NCBI GenBank assembly: GCA_035650735.1
Contig: DASRGZ010000115.1
Coordinates: forward strand, 1-64,000
Length of the DNA: 64,000 nucleotides
Direction of reading: 5' to 3'
Source: Chthonomonadaceae bacterium
GTDB taxonomy: Bacteria; Armatimonadota; Chthonomonadetes; Chthonomonadales; Chthonomonadaceae
Part shown: positions 42,427-52,491 of the stretch, piece after piece
Numbering within the stretch: the stretch's first letter is position 1
How the letters are laid out: every line of letters starts with the position of its first letter
Position numbers and translations under genes: made by a program
Notes under the pieces: generated by a model
The model's input: the letters and a program-made list of their open reading frames with translations, nothing else
What the model was told of the DNA's origin: nothing
Database searches by the model: none

Positions 42427-42810
42427 ATGCGAACGCACGTTGCGATCTTGGGGTGGGCGCACATCCTCATAAACGGGATTCACCTGCTGCTCGGCCTGCT
42501 GATCCTGCTCGGCTTTTCCGGGGCCGGATTCCTCAGCGCTCTTGTGGGCGCCATACCTCTTCTGCCGGTATTGGGCGGGATCGGCGTGTTCATCTTCCTA
42601 CTGTTTGCCTTTGTCTACCTGCCGGGCCTGCTCGTTGGGTGGGGGCTGCTCAACTATGCGCCCTGGGCGCGGATACTGGGCATCGTCGTCTCCATCTTCG
42701 ACCTGCTGCAATTGCATACGCCCTGGATGATAGCGCTGGGCATCTACGGCCTGATCGTGCTGTTTAACGCCGAGACTGTGGCGCTGTTTGAGCGCCGCCA
42801 ATATCGCTAA
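42427..42810 (+). CDS. Small multi-pass membrane protein
   Basis: AAGGAG RBS; about four hydrophobic helices; WARILGIV motif. Confidence 0.8.
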   Translation: MRTHVAILGWAHILINGIHLLLGLLILLGFSGAGFLSALVGAIPLLPVLGGIGVFIFLLFAFVYLPGLLVGWGLLNYAPWARILGIVVSIFDLLQLHTPWMIALGIYGLIVLFNAETVALFERRQYR

Positions 42811-43054
42811 AATGCCAGGCATGAGGCAGTAGAGACCTCACCCCCGGCCCCTAGTGAGGGTGTAGGGGATAGGGTGTAGGGGGTAGGGTCGCCCTCATCC
42901 CCGGCCCCTTCTCCCTGGCAGGGAGAAGGGGGAGCAGAAGCCAAGTCCCCCCTCTCCCGACGCTGCGGGGGAGGGGGTGAGGGCCATTCGGGACGGGGGG
43001 TTAGGTCCAACACGAGGGAGAGGGGAGAAATACGCTTCTGAAGGAGCCTGAGAA

Positions 43055-44482
43055 ATGCCGCTGACTCCGGATAGCGAAACACTGGCGCGGCTGGATGCGG
43101 CGGTCGAGGCCGGACGCGAGGGGGCGCTGGCGGACCTGGCGCGGCTGTGCGCCCTGCCGAGCGTCTCCGCCAAAGGCGAGGCGCTGGAGCCTTGCGCGGA
43201 GCTCGTCGCGGATCTGATGCGGGCGCGCGGCCTGGAAGCGCATCTGCTGCCCACCGAAGGCGGCCCGCCGGTTGTTTTCGGAGAGGCCGCTGCCGACCGT
43301 GCCGACGCCCCGACCGTCCTCTTCTACAACCATTACGATGTGCAGCCCGCCGAGCCGCTGGAACTCTGGCAGAGTCCGCCCTTCACGCTCACGGTGCGGG
43401 GCGGGAAGGCTTACGCGCGTGGCGCCGCCGACGATAAGGGCCACATCGTCTCCCGGCTACTGGCCCTGGAGACGATCCGCGCCGCTAACGGCGGCAAGTA
43501 TCCGTTCCATGTCAAGTTCCTGGCAGAAGGGGAAGAGGAGGTCGGCAGTCCGCATCTGGGAGCGTTCGTGCAGACGCATCGCGACCTGCTGCGCGCCGAT
43601 GCCTGCATCTGGGAGGAGGGCGGCGTCAACGAGCAGGGCCGCCCAACCTTATATTGCGGTATGCGCGGCATCGCCTATTTTGAGCTCTCCGTCAAGACCA
43701 TCGCCTACGACGCGCATTCCGGCGTGGGCGGCTCCATCCTGCCCAACGCTGCCTGGCGGCTGGTCTGGGCGCTCTCCCTGCTCAAGGATCGCCACGAGCG
43801 CATTCTGCTGCCCGGCCATTACGATACGGCCCGCCTCCCCGATCTGCGCGACCTACAGCTTCTCGATGCCCTGCCCGACGAGGAAGCCTACTACCGCCGT
43901 GAGTTCGGCTTGGAGGAGAAAGGCTTTCTCGGCGGGCCGCAGACGCACGGCTTAGAGTTCAAGCGCCGCGCCGTCTTCGAGCCGACGCTGACCATCTGCG
44001 GCCTGACCGGGGGCTGGCAGGGGGCAGGCGCCAAGACCGTCTTGCCCTCGGAAGCGCGCGCCAAGATGGATTTCCGGCTCGTGCCCGATCAGGACCCGGA
44101 GGCGGTGCATCGCTCCTTGCGCGCTTATCTGGACGCGCGGGGCTTCGGTGACATCGAGATACGCTACCTGGGCGGGCAGCGTCCGGCCCGCGTCGATCCC
44201 GACCACCCGCTGGTGCGGCTGGCGGCGGAAACGGCGCAGGAGGTCTACGGCCAGCCCGCCTCCATCGTCCCCATCGTCGGCGGTTCCGGCCCGATGTGGT
44301 GGTTTTCGGGCTATCTGGGACTGCCCGTCACCAGCCCCGGCATCGAGTATCCCGGCATCCGCGCCCATGCCCCCAACGAGCACATCCGTCTGAGCGATTT
44401 CGTACTGGGCACCCGCCACTTAGCCCATCTGCTGGCGCGTCTCTCTTCCTGGCCTTTGCCTGCGCAGACCGGTGGAGGCTAG
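43055..44482 (+). CDS. M20/M25/M40 metallopeptidase
   Basis: YNHYDVQP, RGAADDKG, EGEEEVGS and HAPNE motifs. Confidence 0.93.
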   Translation: MPLTPDSETLARLDAAVEAGREGALADLARLCALPSVSAKGEALEPCAELVADLMRARGLEAHLLPTEGGPPVVFGEAAADRADAPTVLFYNHYDVQPAEPLELWQSPPFTLTVRGGKAYARGAADDKGHIVSRLLALETIRAANGGKYPFHVKFLAEGEEEVGSPHLGAFVQTHRDLLRADACIWEEGGVNEQGRPTLYCGMRGIAYFELSVKTIAYDAHSGVGGSILPNAAWRLVWALSLLKDRHERILLPGHYDTARLPDLRDLQLLDALPDEEAYYRREFGLEEKGFLGGPQTHGLEFKRRAVFEPTLTICGLTGGWQGAGAKTVLPSEARAKMDFRLVPDQDPEAVHRSLRAYLDARGFGDIEIRYLGGQRPARVDPDHPLVRLAAETAQEVYGQPASIVPIVGGSGPMWWFSGYLGLPVTSPGIEYPGIRAHAPNEHIRLSDFVLGTRHLAHLLARLSSWPLPAQTGGG

Positions 44483-44775
44483 CGAGACACCTGCATACGG
44501 GCAAGGTTTTGGGAGGCTTCACGCAAAGTCACGCCTGACGAGACGGCTATTAACCCTAACGCAGAGGGCATGATGTGTTAAAGATCAGGAGGTCGCAAAG
44601 ATGAAAACTTTTTTGCGTTGGATTCCGAAAGATATTGACGGATTCAACCGGATATGCTAAAAATGCTGTCTATATCTAGTGGCGGGTAAGCATTTTCACG
44701 GCGATCTCTAGTGATTCGTTCTCTATAATAACTCTGGAATCATCAACTGTTTTGATAGGAGGCGCATGACCGAAC

Positions 44776-44934
44776 GTGGATAGCAGTCCTCCAAAATTAC
44801 CATCTGCTAGGCCGGAGCGGGTTCTCTTGCTCTATCTACCTGTATACGATACCCGCTTTCATTGGGCCCAATGGCAACAACCCACCCTCCTCCTTCGGTT
44901 GGCGACCCACTTCCGCCAAGCTGGAGCAGAGGTT
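44776..44934 (+). pseudogene. N-terminal gene fragment (resembles the start of B12-binding radical SAM proteins) truncated by IS3
   Basis: RVLLLYLPVYD..WQQPTLLLRLATHFRQAGAEV, followed directly by the IS terminus. Confidence 0.4.
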
Positions 44935-44951
44935 TATAGTGGCCCAGTTTG

Positions 44952-45818
44952 TCAAGACACTGGACGGACGATTTTTATGTTAGACTCCGCTCCTTTCTGA
45001 AGGTCTTCTGTCTTGGTTCCGAAATAGACTTGGGCAGGCGTGCGATACCCCAGGGCTTGATGGGGTCGCCTTTCATTATAGTAGGTCAGGTAGCGCGACA
45101 AACTCTGCCGTGCCTGGCGAGGCGTCTCATAATCATGGAGGTAAACCTCCTCATATTTGACCGTTCGCCACAGACGCTCGGTGAAGATGTTGTCCATCGC
45201 CCGACCGCGTCCATCCATGCTGATTGCCACCTGCTTTTCCAGCAGCCGATCCACAAAGTGAGGACTAGTGAAATGACTGCCCTGATCGCTGTTGCTAATC
45301 GTGGGTGTCGCTTTCTTCAACGCCCGATCCAGGCAGGTGAGGACAAAGCTGATTTCCAGGGTCTGGTCTAGCTCCCAACTGACAATGTAACGGGAGTACC
45401 AGTCCAGGATCGCCACCAGATACATCCAGCCACCGAGCAGGCGAACATAGGTGATGTCTATCCCCCAGATGTGATTGGGGTAGCCGCTGACGACCCCACG
45501 CAGCAAGTAGGGATAGACCTTATGTTCGGGAGCCGATTGGCTCAGGTGGGGCTTGGGATAGATCGCCTCCAAGCCCATCTGGATCATGTACGCCCGCACG
45601 GTTTTGCGGTTGATGCCATCCCCTTCTTTGTTGAGCAGATGCGTCAGGCGTCTGGCTCCCAGGCAGGGATCAGCGGTGAAGAGTTCGTCCATCCGATGCT
45701 TGATCGCTACTTCCCGTGCCGAAGGCGGGCGCGGGACATAGTACAGGCTGGAGCGGCTGAGCGCGAGCAAGCCAGTCTGTTCCGAAAGCGGCAACTCCGC
45801 GTCGGCTCGCTCGATCAT
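44952..45818 (-). CDS. IS3 transposase OrfB (rve integrase core)
   Basis: WGIDITY, NSDQGSHF and DNIFTERLWRTVKYE (DDE triad). Confidence 0.93.
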   Translation of the reverse strand: MIERADAELPLSEQTGLLALSRSSLYYVPRPPSAREVAIKHRMDELFTADPCLGARRLTHLLNKEGDGINRKTVRAYMIQMGLEAIYPKPHLSQSAPEHKVYPYLLRGVVSGYPNHIWGIDITYVRLLGGWMYLVAILDWYSRYIVSWELDQTLEISFVLTCLDRALKKATPTISNSDQGSHFTSPHFVDRLLEKQVAISMDGRGRAMDNIFTERLWRTVKYEEVYLHDYETPRQARQSLSRYLTYYNERRPHQALGYRTPAQVYFGTKTEDLQKGAESNIKIVRPVS

Positions 45819-46123
45819 CGCCAGGCGTTCACTTCTCGGACAGGTCGAAACCAGATTTTTTTGAGCCAGGCCACCTGCGTGGTCAGGCGTCCGATAGTGG
45901 CATAGAGTGCTTCGCGTTCTTGGGCGCAGGCGCTCTGCTCTTTGTGGGCTTTGCTCTCTCGCTCGAAGAGCGTGGGCATCCCGTTGAGAACGGTAGCCTT
46001 CCAGGCGCGGATCTGGTTGGGATGAAGGTCGTTTTCGGCAGCGATCTGGGCGAGGGTTTTCTCTTCCTTGAGCGCTTCCTGGACGATTTTGGCTTTGAAA
46101 GCCGCAGAGTGTCGTTTTCTCAT
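45815..46123 (-). CDS. IS3 transposase OrfA (HTH)
   Basis: RKRHSAAFKAKIV..HPNQIRAWK. Confidence 0.9.
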   Translation of the reverse strand: MRKRHSAAFKAKIVQEALKEEKTLAQIAAENDLHPNQIRAWKATVLNGMPTLFERESKAHKEQSACAQEREALYATIGRLTTQVAWLKKIWFRPVREVNAWR

Positions 46124-46184
46124 GGCACTTTCAGTCTAACTTATTTCTGCCCTTTTCCGTGTCCAAATTTCCTGGGCCATTATA

Positions 46185-46541
46185 TACTTTGTGGGCAACA
46201 CTAATGGTGGCGTGTGGGTGCATAATCCTGCAAATCCCTGTACGCCAGTTGTACAAGTTGGCGGAGGGGAAATACCTGGTCCGCAAGTTCGTGCTGCTGA
46301 CAGAATAGCTGAACAGGATCGTTTCTTAGGCTCCGGCCCATACTCTAATATCCATCCACGTACTGGGGATTTATCGCCTGAAAGAACCGTAGTGCAAACT
46401 GGGCCAAACACATGGCGTAGCATTCGAGAAGGCGCACATGAGATTAACTCCACCAACCCACACTACCATGAAGAACACTGGTGGTATGACGAGGGAAATG
46501 ATATCATGTACTACCTTAACATAATCCGGCGCGTTCGATAG
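46185..46541 (+). pseudogene. Orphan polymorphic toxin tip: C-terminal end of a HINT domain plus a ~105-aa putative toxin domain
   Basis: YFVGNTNGGVWVHN is the typical PT-HINT terminus; the downstream domain has RSIREGAHE and HYHEEHW; lower GC. Confidence 0.75.
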
Positions 46542-46557
46542 AAAAGGGAACGATCAG

Positions 46558-46959
46558 ATGGAACGGGAGATAATGCTGAATGGCAACCACATGAGAAGCG
46601 GTGATTATTACCAGTTCGATCTTGATAGGACCGACTTGGAACGCCTAGCATACCTCATCAAAACCTCAATCGAACATCGTTTGCCTTTGCGCGTGAGCAT
46701 AGGAAAGGGAAAGATAGAGTTTGTACCCAGTTCCGAAGGTAGGTTGAAAGCGAGTGTAGCAAGCGACGGAACGCTCGTACTTTCGGCCAATACGGTTGAT
46801 CTTGATAGGCTAGCTGAACGTTTTAGTGAAATGGCCCATGAGAACAACCCTGATTTACACGGGCTGGTTCATACTCATCTTGAACCTGTTTATATTAGTT
46901 CTAGTCCAGAGGTAGAGGACGTTGTTTTCGAGCGCATTGAGGAAGATAGTGTAGTGTGA
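46558..46959 (+). CDS. Putative cognate immunity protein
   Basis: Acidic 133-aa ORF 16 bp after the toxin tip; similar low GC. Confidence 0.6.
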   Translation: MEREIMLNGNHMRSGDYYQFDLDRTDLERLAYLIKTSIEHRLPLRVSIGKGKIEFVPSSEGRLKASVASDGTLVLSANTVDLDRLAERFSEMAHENNPDLHGLVHTHLEPVYISSSPEVEDVVFERIEEDSVV

Positions 46960-47085
46960 CCCCATTTGTCAAGGCAGCAAACGGCCCTCTGTGTCTATAA
47001 TAGGTGAGACATCGCCCTAGACAGGGTAATTGTAATAAACTTACTTCCCGGGGGCGGACAAAGATGTCTGTATAGTCAACCTTCG

Positions 47086-48108
47086 TGTCTAACAGTCCAC
47101 TTTGCGAGTAGACTAGCAGACAAGGAGAAGATCATGACCACTCAGAACACGGAACCAGCGGTTCGCACGCTGCCTGACAAAGCCAAATGCACCACCAAAG
47201 ACCCTGCCGAAAAGGTGGCTCGTCAGCGGCTTTCCGTGCTGCAACTGGCCCAAGCCCTGGGCAATGTCTCCGAAGCCTGTCGGCGCGGTGGCTTGGATCG
47301 CACCAGTTTCTACGAGTACAAACAGCGCTTTCAGACACATGGGCTGGAAGGCTTGAAGGACTTGCCCCCTGTCCACAAGAGCCATCCCCAGCCCACGCCG
47401 GAGGAGCATCAAAAGCGGATTGCCGAATTGGCGCTCCTGCATCCGACGCGCGGCTGCCATTTCCTCTCGGATCAGTTGGCTCTGGAAGGCCTCGTCGTCT
47501 CTGGCCCGACGGTGCAAGCGATCCTGCAAAAGCAGGGACTGGGCAGCCGCTATGAACGTCTGCTCCGTCTGGAAGAGAAGGCAGCGCAGCACGAGATCGA
47601 ACTGACTGCCGAGCAGATCGCCTTGATCGAGCAGAACAATCCCTGCTTTCGCGAGCGTCACGTCGAGAGTGAGCGTCCCGGACAACTGCTGTGTCAGGAC
47701 ACCTTCTACGTTGGGCAGATCAAGGGCGTCGGTAAAGTCTACCTGCAAGCCATCGTGGATACCTATGGCAGTTTCGCCTTCGGCTATCTGCACACGACCA
47801 AGCAGCCTGAACATGCCGCGCTGGTGCTGCATAACGAGGTGCGGCCCTGCTATGAGCAGCACGGATGGAGCATCGAAGCGATCCTGACCGACAACGGCAA
47901 GGAGTTCTGCGGCACGGACGCTCATCCTTACGAGGTCTCTCTGGCTCTTGCCGACATCCAGCACAAGAAGACGAAGGTGCGGCGTCCGCGCACCAACGGC
48001 TTTGTCGAGCGATTCAACCGAACCGTACTCGACGAGTTCTTCCGTCAGGCGTTCCGTACCCAGTTCTATGACAGCGTGGAAGCCTTGCAAGCCGATCTGG
48101 GCAAGTGG
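47086..48108 (+). mobile_element. IS481-family element, 3'-truncated by IS21 (transposase from 47134)
   Basis: TGT terminus at 47086; GNVSEACR HTH, QDTFYVG, TDNGKEF and TNGFVERFNRT motifs; the ORF stop is supplied by the IS21 end. Confidence 0.85.
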
Positions 48109-48203
48109 TGAATAACGACAAATAGAAATCTCAACGACGACAATTAGAACTCCCGCTGCTCCGTTACCGGCTAGACTATTCCAGTTCTCTCAAGGAGGCT
48201 GGA

Positions 48204-49690
48204 ATGGTCACGGATCCTCAAGTGAGGAGGCTTCTGTCGTTGACACATACGCAACCCACTCTAGCATTAGCCGCCACGAAAGCGGGCATGGACGAGAAGA
48301 CCGCCCGGAAATATCGGCGACTGGGAAAGTTACCCAGCCAATGCCGTATCGAGCACGACTGGCGAACCCGAAAAGACCCGTTCGCCGCCGTCTGGGACGA
48401 AATCGCCACTCGTCTGGCAGCGAACCCGGGGCTCCAGGCTAAGGCGCTCTTCGCCGACTTACAGCGCCGCTTTCCAGGTCAGTTTCAAGACGGGCAGTTA
48501 CGCACCCTGCAACGGCGGATCGAGCACTGGCGTGCGACCGACGGGCCGAGCAAAGAAGTCTTCTTCGCTCAGGAACACAGGCCCGGTGTCGTGGGCGCCT
48601 CGGACTTTACGCATCTGTGGCGGCTGGGCGTAACCATCGCAGGGCAGCCCTTCGAGCATATGCTCTACCATTTCGTGCTGACCTACTCCAATTGGGAGAC
48701 CGGGACACTCTGTGTTTCGGAGACCTTCGAGAGCCTCAGCGAAGGCTTGCAGAATGCCCTGTGGGAACTGGGCGGTGTGCCGCTCCAGCATCGCACCGAC
48801 CGCCTGACCGCCGCCGTGCGTCCTCTGGACAGTCCCGAAGAGTTTTCCCGGCGTTACCAGGGGCTGCTCTCCCATTACGGTCTCGAAGGGATCAAGGGGC
48901 CGGCGGGCCAAGGCAACGAGAACGGCGATGTCGAGCAGCGTCACCACCGGTTCAAGGAAGCCCTGGAACAGGCGCTCCTCTTACGCGGCAGTCGGGATTT
49001 TGAGAGCCGAGCGCGCTACCAGGCGTTTCTGCGCGCGTTGTTCGCCCAACTCAATGCCGGACGCACCACCCGCTTCCAGGAAGAAGTCCGCTGCCTGCGT
49101 CCGCTACCCTGGCGTCGGCTGGAAACCCCGCAGCGGTTGCCGGTGCGCGTGAGTGTGTTCCGTACCATCCGGGTTCGCAACAGCCCCTATTCGGTTCCCG
49201 GTCGGCTCATTGGCGAGCAGGTGGAGGTGCGCCTGGGAGCCAAACCCTGGAAGTCTGGTATGGACAGCAGAAGATGGAGACGCTGCCCCGGCTGCGGGGA
49301 GAAGGCCGTCACCACATCCAGTACCGCCATATCATTGACTGGTTGGTAAGAAAGCCCGGCGCGTTCGCCAACTACCGCTTCCGGGAAGACCTGTTCCCGA
49401 CCAGCCGGTTTCGCATGGCTTACGATCTGCTCTGCCAACAGGCTCCGGCCCAGGCCAGCAAAGAGTACCTGAGCCTCCTGCATTTGGCAGCCAAGGAGAG
49501 CGAGGTCGGGGTAGACGACGCCTTGCGGTTTCTGCTGGGCTCCGAGCAGCCCCTGACTGCCGAAGCGGTCGAGACACTGGTGCGCTCGGGGCAACAGATC
49601 GCTCCGCCGACCCAGATCGCCGTGGAGGCGGTGGATTTGCGTACTTACGACCGCCTGCTTTCGACAAGGCTTGCGGAGGTGGGGATATGA
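48204..49690 (+). pseudogene. istA: IS21 transposase, frameshifted near 49240
   Basis: SDFTH, RTDRL and NENGDVE motifs; the C-terminus (TLEVWYGQQKMETLPRL..RKPGAF) lies in another frame. Confidence 0.85.
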
Positions 49691-50550
49691 CCACGCTCCT
49701 CGATGGGGATATGACCACGCTCCTCGAACCCAGCGCCGAAGTCAGCGCATTACGAACGCGGCTTTCTGCCTATCTCAAGGAGTTGCATCTGCCAACGGTG
49801 CGTGACTGCCTGGATGCCACCTGTGAGCAAGCCGCTCGCGAGGGGCTCAGTTACGACCAGTTCCTGGCAACCCTGTTGGAGCGGGAGTGTGAAGCGCGAT
49901 TGACCCACCGCATTGCCCGCCTGCTGCATGAGTCGCGTTTACCTTTAGAGAAGAGTTTGCAGACCTTTGACCTGACCCGATTACCCACTCGTGTGGTGCA
50001 GCAGATCACCACGCTGCGGGAGGGGTCTTTCCTGGATCGGCACGAGAATGTGCTGGCTTTCGGCAATCCCGGCAGCGGCAAAACCCATCTGTTGTGCGGG
50101 CTGTGTCAGGAGCTGATCCACCAGGGACGGCGCGTGCTCTACATCCGTTGCCGCCTGCTGGTGCAGGAGTTACGGATTGCCAAGCGCGATCTGCTGCTGG
50201 CCCGTCTGCTCCAGAGATTGGGGCGCTATGAGGCGATCCTGCTCGATGACCTGGGCTATGTGCAGCAGAGCCGGGAAGAGATGGAAGTGCTGTTCACGCT
50301 GCTGGCAGAACGTTACGAACGCGGGAGTGTGCTGATTACCAGCAATCTTCCCTTCTCGAAGTGGGAGAGCATTTTCAAGGACCCGATGACGACCGCCGCG
50401 GCGATAGATCGTCTGGTTCACCACAGCGTGATCCTGGAGTTGAATCTGTCGAGTTACCGCATGGAGCAAGCCCAGAGTGGGCAGTCTTCTCAGGCGTCGC
50501 TCCTTGAGGCAGGGGAGGGCGCGGTTACCGCGCCCTCTGGCGGCCAATAG
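49687..50550 (+). CDS. istB: IS21 helper ATPase
   Basis: GNPGSGKTH, LLDDLGY and AAIDRLVHH motifs. Confidence 0.95.
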   Translation: MTTLLDGDMTTLLEPSAEVSALRTRLSAYLKELHLPTVRDCLDATCEQAAREGLSYDQFLATLLERECEARLTHRIARLLHESRLPLEKSLQTFDLTRLPTRVVQQITTLREGSFLDRHENVLAFGNPGSGKTHLLCGLCQELIHQGRRVLYIRCRLLVQELRIAKRDLLLARLLQRLGRYEAILLDDLGYVQQSREEMEVLFTLLAERYERGSVLITSNLPFSKWESIFKDPMTTAAAIDRLVHHSVILELNLSSYRMEQAQSGQSSQASLLEAGEGAVTAPSGGQ

Positions 50551-50691
50551 TTCGATTTTGTAGGAGGCAATCGGGCGGGAAAAATAATTGTCGTCAGCAA
50601 GAAGGATAATTGTCGCTATTCACCTTTCCTTGCAAAAGGAGAAGGGGCCTTTCGTGTTGGTTGTTTCGTTTTGGATTGAAAAATATATCTA

Positions 50692-50794
50692 ACTCAAGTT
50701 GCTACCTTGCCTCTTCGAGAAGGCAAACGGTGATGCAAAAGCCGGTTTCCAGAGCGATTCTCTCTCAAACGTGTTCCTAGGTAGCAACTTGGGT
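50692..50794. mobile_element. 103-bp MITE (family M1), copy 2
   Basis: Same sequence as the other copies; flanking duplication TATCTA. Confidence 0.92.
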
Positions 50795-50869
50795 TATCTA
50801 AAAAATGTTGTAGTTTGGGCTTGAGGTGCTTGATAAGCGTGGAAGAGCTCGCTAAACTGGAGGCAAACG

Positions 50870-51259
50870 ATGGCTAACCTGGAGGATGTTCGCCGCATTG
50901 CTCTTTCCCTACCCGATACGAGCGGGGAGGACGGCTTCGCCGTTCAGAATGGCAGAAAGGCTCGTGGGTTCGCGTGGGTGTGGATGCAGCGCGTGGAGCC
51001 GAACAAGCCGCGCGTGCCCTGTCCGGAGGTGATTGCCATACGCACGGCCAGTCTGGCGGAGAAAGAGGCGTTGATCGCTGCGGAACCGGAGAAGTTCTTT
51101 ACCGAGCCGCACTATAACAACTTTCCTGCGGTCCTGGTGCGGCTGGCAAAGGTGGAACTGGATGAGCTTGAAGAGCTGCTCATCGATGGTTGGCGATGTC
51201 TGGCGCCCAAGGCCCTCGTGAAAGAGTTTGACGCCGGTCGGCATCGTGGCTCCGCTTAG
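50870..51259 (+). CDS. MmcQ/YjbR family DNA-binding protein
   Basis: DVRRIALSLP, FFTEPHYNNFPAVLVRL and W...APK motifs. Confidence 0.85.
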   Translation: MANLEDVRRIALSLPDTSGEDGFAVQNGRKARGFAWVWMQRVEPNKPRVPCPEVIAIRTASLAEKEALIAAEPEKFFTEPHYNNFPAVLVRLAKVELDELEELLIDGWRCLAPKALVKEFDAGRHRGSA

Positions 51260-51374
51260 CGGCCCTAACAAACCCTGGCTGTGAGGCTCTCCCCTCACCC
51301 CGGCCCTCTCCCTGCAAGGGAGAGGGAGAACGGGTTTGTTAGGCACTCTTAGTTGCTTATGGGGTCAGAAACGA

Positions 51375-52016
51375 TCAAGCATGGCTCTTAAGTCGTCTAT
51401 ATCGGTAGCTGGCAGCCATCTGGGATGCGACCGCCATCGGAAACCATAGCAGACCCCAGCGGCAGTCGGGCGTGGCTCCCTGCCAGGGAGAGCCGATCAT
51501 CGGAATCAGAAAGACGCTGGCAATCGGAAGGAAGAGAAGCGTGGGCAGGGCTAGAGCCGCCAGAGCCGGCCTCCCCAGCCGACGTGCGGACCTGCGGCGT
51601 CCTACGCGCCAGCCACCGAGGATAGGAACCGCAAGGAAGGCGCCTACTCCGGCCCACTGAAGTACCGTGTAAGCCAGCAGGCTCCCTGAAAGGACGTAGG
51701 CATAGGCGCAGCCGGTCAGCAGCAGGATCGCAGCGATGAGCAGGGGGCTGAATAATGCCAGCGCCGCTCCGGGACCCATCGTCTGTTCCTGGGCGGCCCG
51801 TTGAAGCTGGCGGCCTATCTGTCGGGCATCGCCGAATTGACGCAGAGCGGCCTCCATCGCCTCTTGCGGCGAAGCGCCCAACTCCTCGTGCGCGGCCACT
51901 AAATCGAGCAGGTGCTGCCGCGCCTCCTCTCGCCATTCGCGCCGCGTCTCGGCAGAGAGCCGGGTCAGCGGTCGCTCCATCTCATCCAGATAGTGTTCCA
52001 GTCGGCTGTTGTACAT
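51375..52016 (-). CDS. HAAS / permease-prefix domain membrane protein (PadR partner)
   Basis: YL..L..L....REE...HL, AL..FGDA..IG, then TM helices. Confidence 0.8.
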   Translation of the reverse strand: MYNSRLEHYLDEMERPLTRLSAETRREWREEARQHLLDLVAAHEELGASPQEAMEAALRQFGDARQIGRQLQRAAQEQTMGPGAALALFSPLLIAAILLLTGCAYAYVLSGSLLAYTVLQWAGVGAFLAVPILGGWRVGRRRSARRLGRPALAALALPTLLFLPIASVFLIPMIGSPWQGATPDCRWGLLWFPMAVASQMAASYRYRRLKSHA

Positions 52017-52359
52017 GGGGTATGCCTCCGATCACATCCTCGATAGCCTGGACGAAGTCCCGCCAGGACCGCATCCGCTTGATGAGTTCCGCCGCGCCTG
52101 TCTCGGTGAGCGCGTAGACCTTGCGCGCGGGGCCAGCGGGCTGTGTCTCCCAGCGGCTGATGATCAGTCCCTCCTGCTCTAGAGTACGCAGAGCCGGATA
52201 GAGCGAGCCTTCCCCCAGCCGCAAAGCCTCCTTGCTGCGCCGCTCGATCTCCCGGGCAATGGCGTAGCCGTGCAGGGGGCCATCGCGCAGCACGGCAAGC
52301 AGCAGCGTGGGCGTGTGGCCTTTGAGCAGTTCACCGAGTTCCGTGTTTCGAGGTCGCAT
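51982..52359 (-). CDS. PadR family transcriptional regulator
   Basis: HGYAI, EGSLYPALRTLE and RKVYALTETG motifs. Confidence 0.93.
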   Translation of the reverse strand: MRPRNTELGELLKGHTPTLLLAVLRDGPLHGYAIAREIERRSKEALRLGEGSLYPALRTLEQEGLIISRWETQPAGPARKVYALTETGAAELIKRMRSWRDFVQAIEDVIGGIPHVQQPTGTLSG

Positions 52360-52368
52360 AGTAGAGGC

Positions 52369-52397
52369 AGTATACATCAAAGCATGAGGTATGTCAA
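52369..52397 (-). promoter_or_regulatory. Sigma70 promoter of padR with an operator-like palindrome in the spacer
   Basis: Minus strand TTGACA-N17-TATACT, 9 nt before the ATG; palindrome ATACATCA-N5-TGAGGTAT. Confidence 0.7.
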
Positions 52398-52491
52398 TAG
52401 GCACTGCAATTAATTTTGCAATCCATTGTTGGAGCCAACGAGGACTGTGGAGGGAATCTGCAGAAAATACCAGGCTGGAGGAAGACACGGT

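Larger units (their letters stand above)
44935..46184 (-). mobile_element. IS3-family element
   Basis: IRs TATAGTGGCCCAG / CTGGGCCATTATA; orfA and orfB; A7 slippery tract near 45856-45862; no target duplication. Confidence 0.9.
48109..50622 (+). mobile_element. IS21-family element
   Basis: TG..CA ends with repeated CGACAA(A/T)T motifs (TGAATAACGACAA / TTGTCGCTATTCA); istA and istB. Confidence 0.9.
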
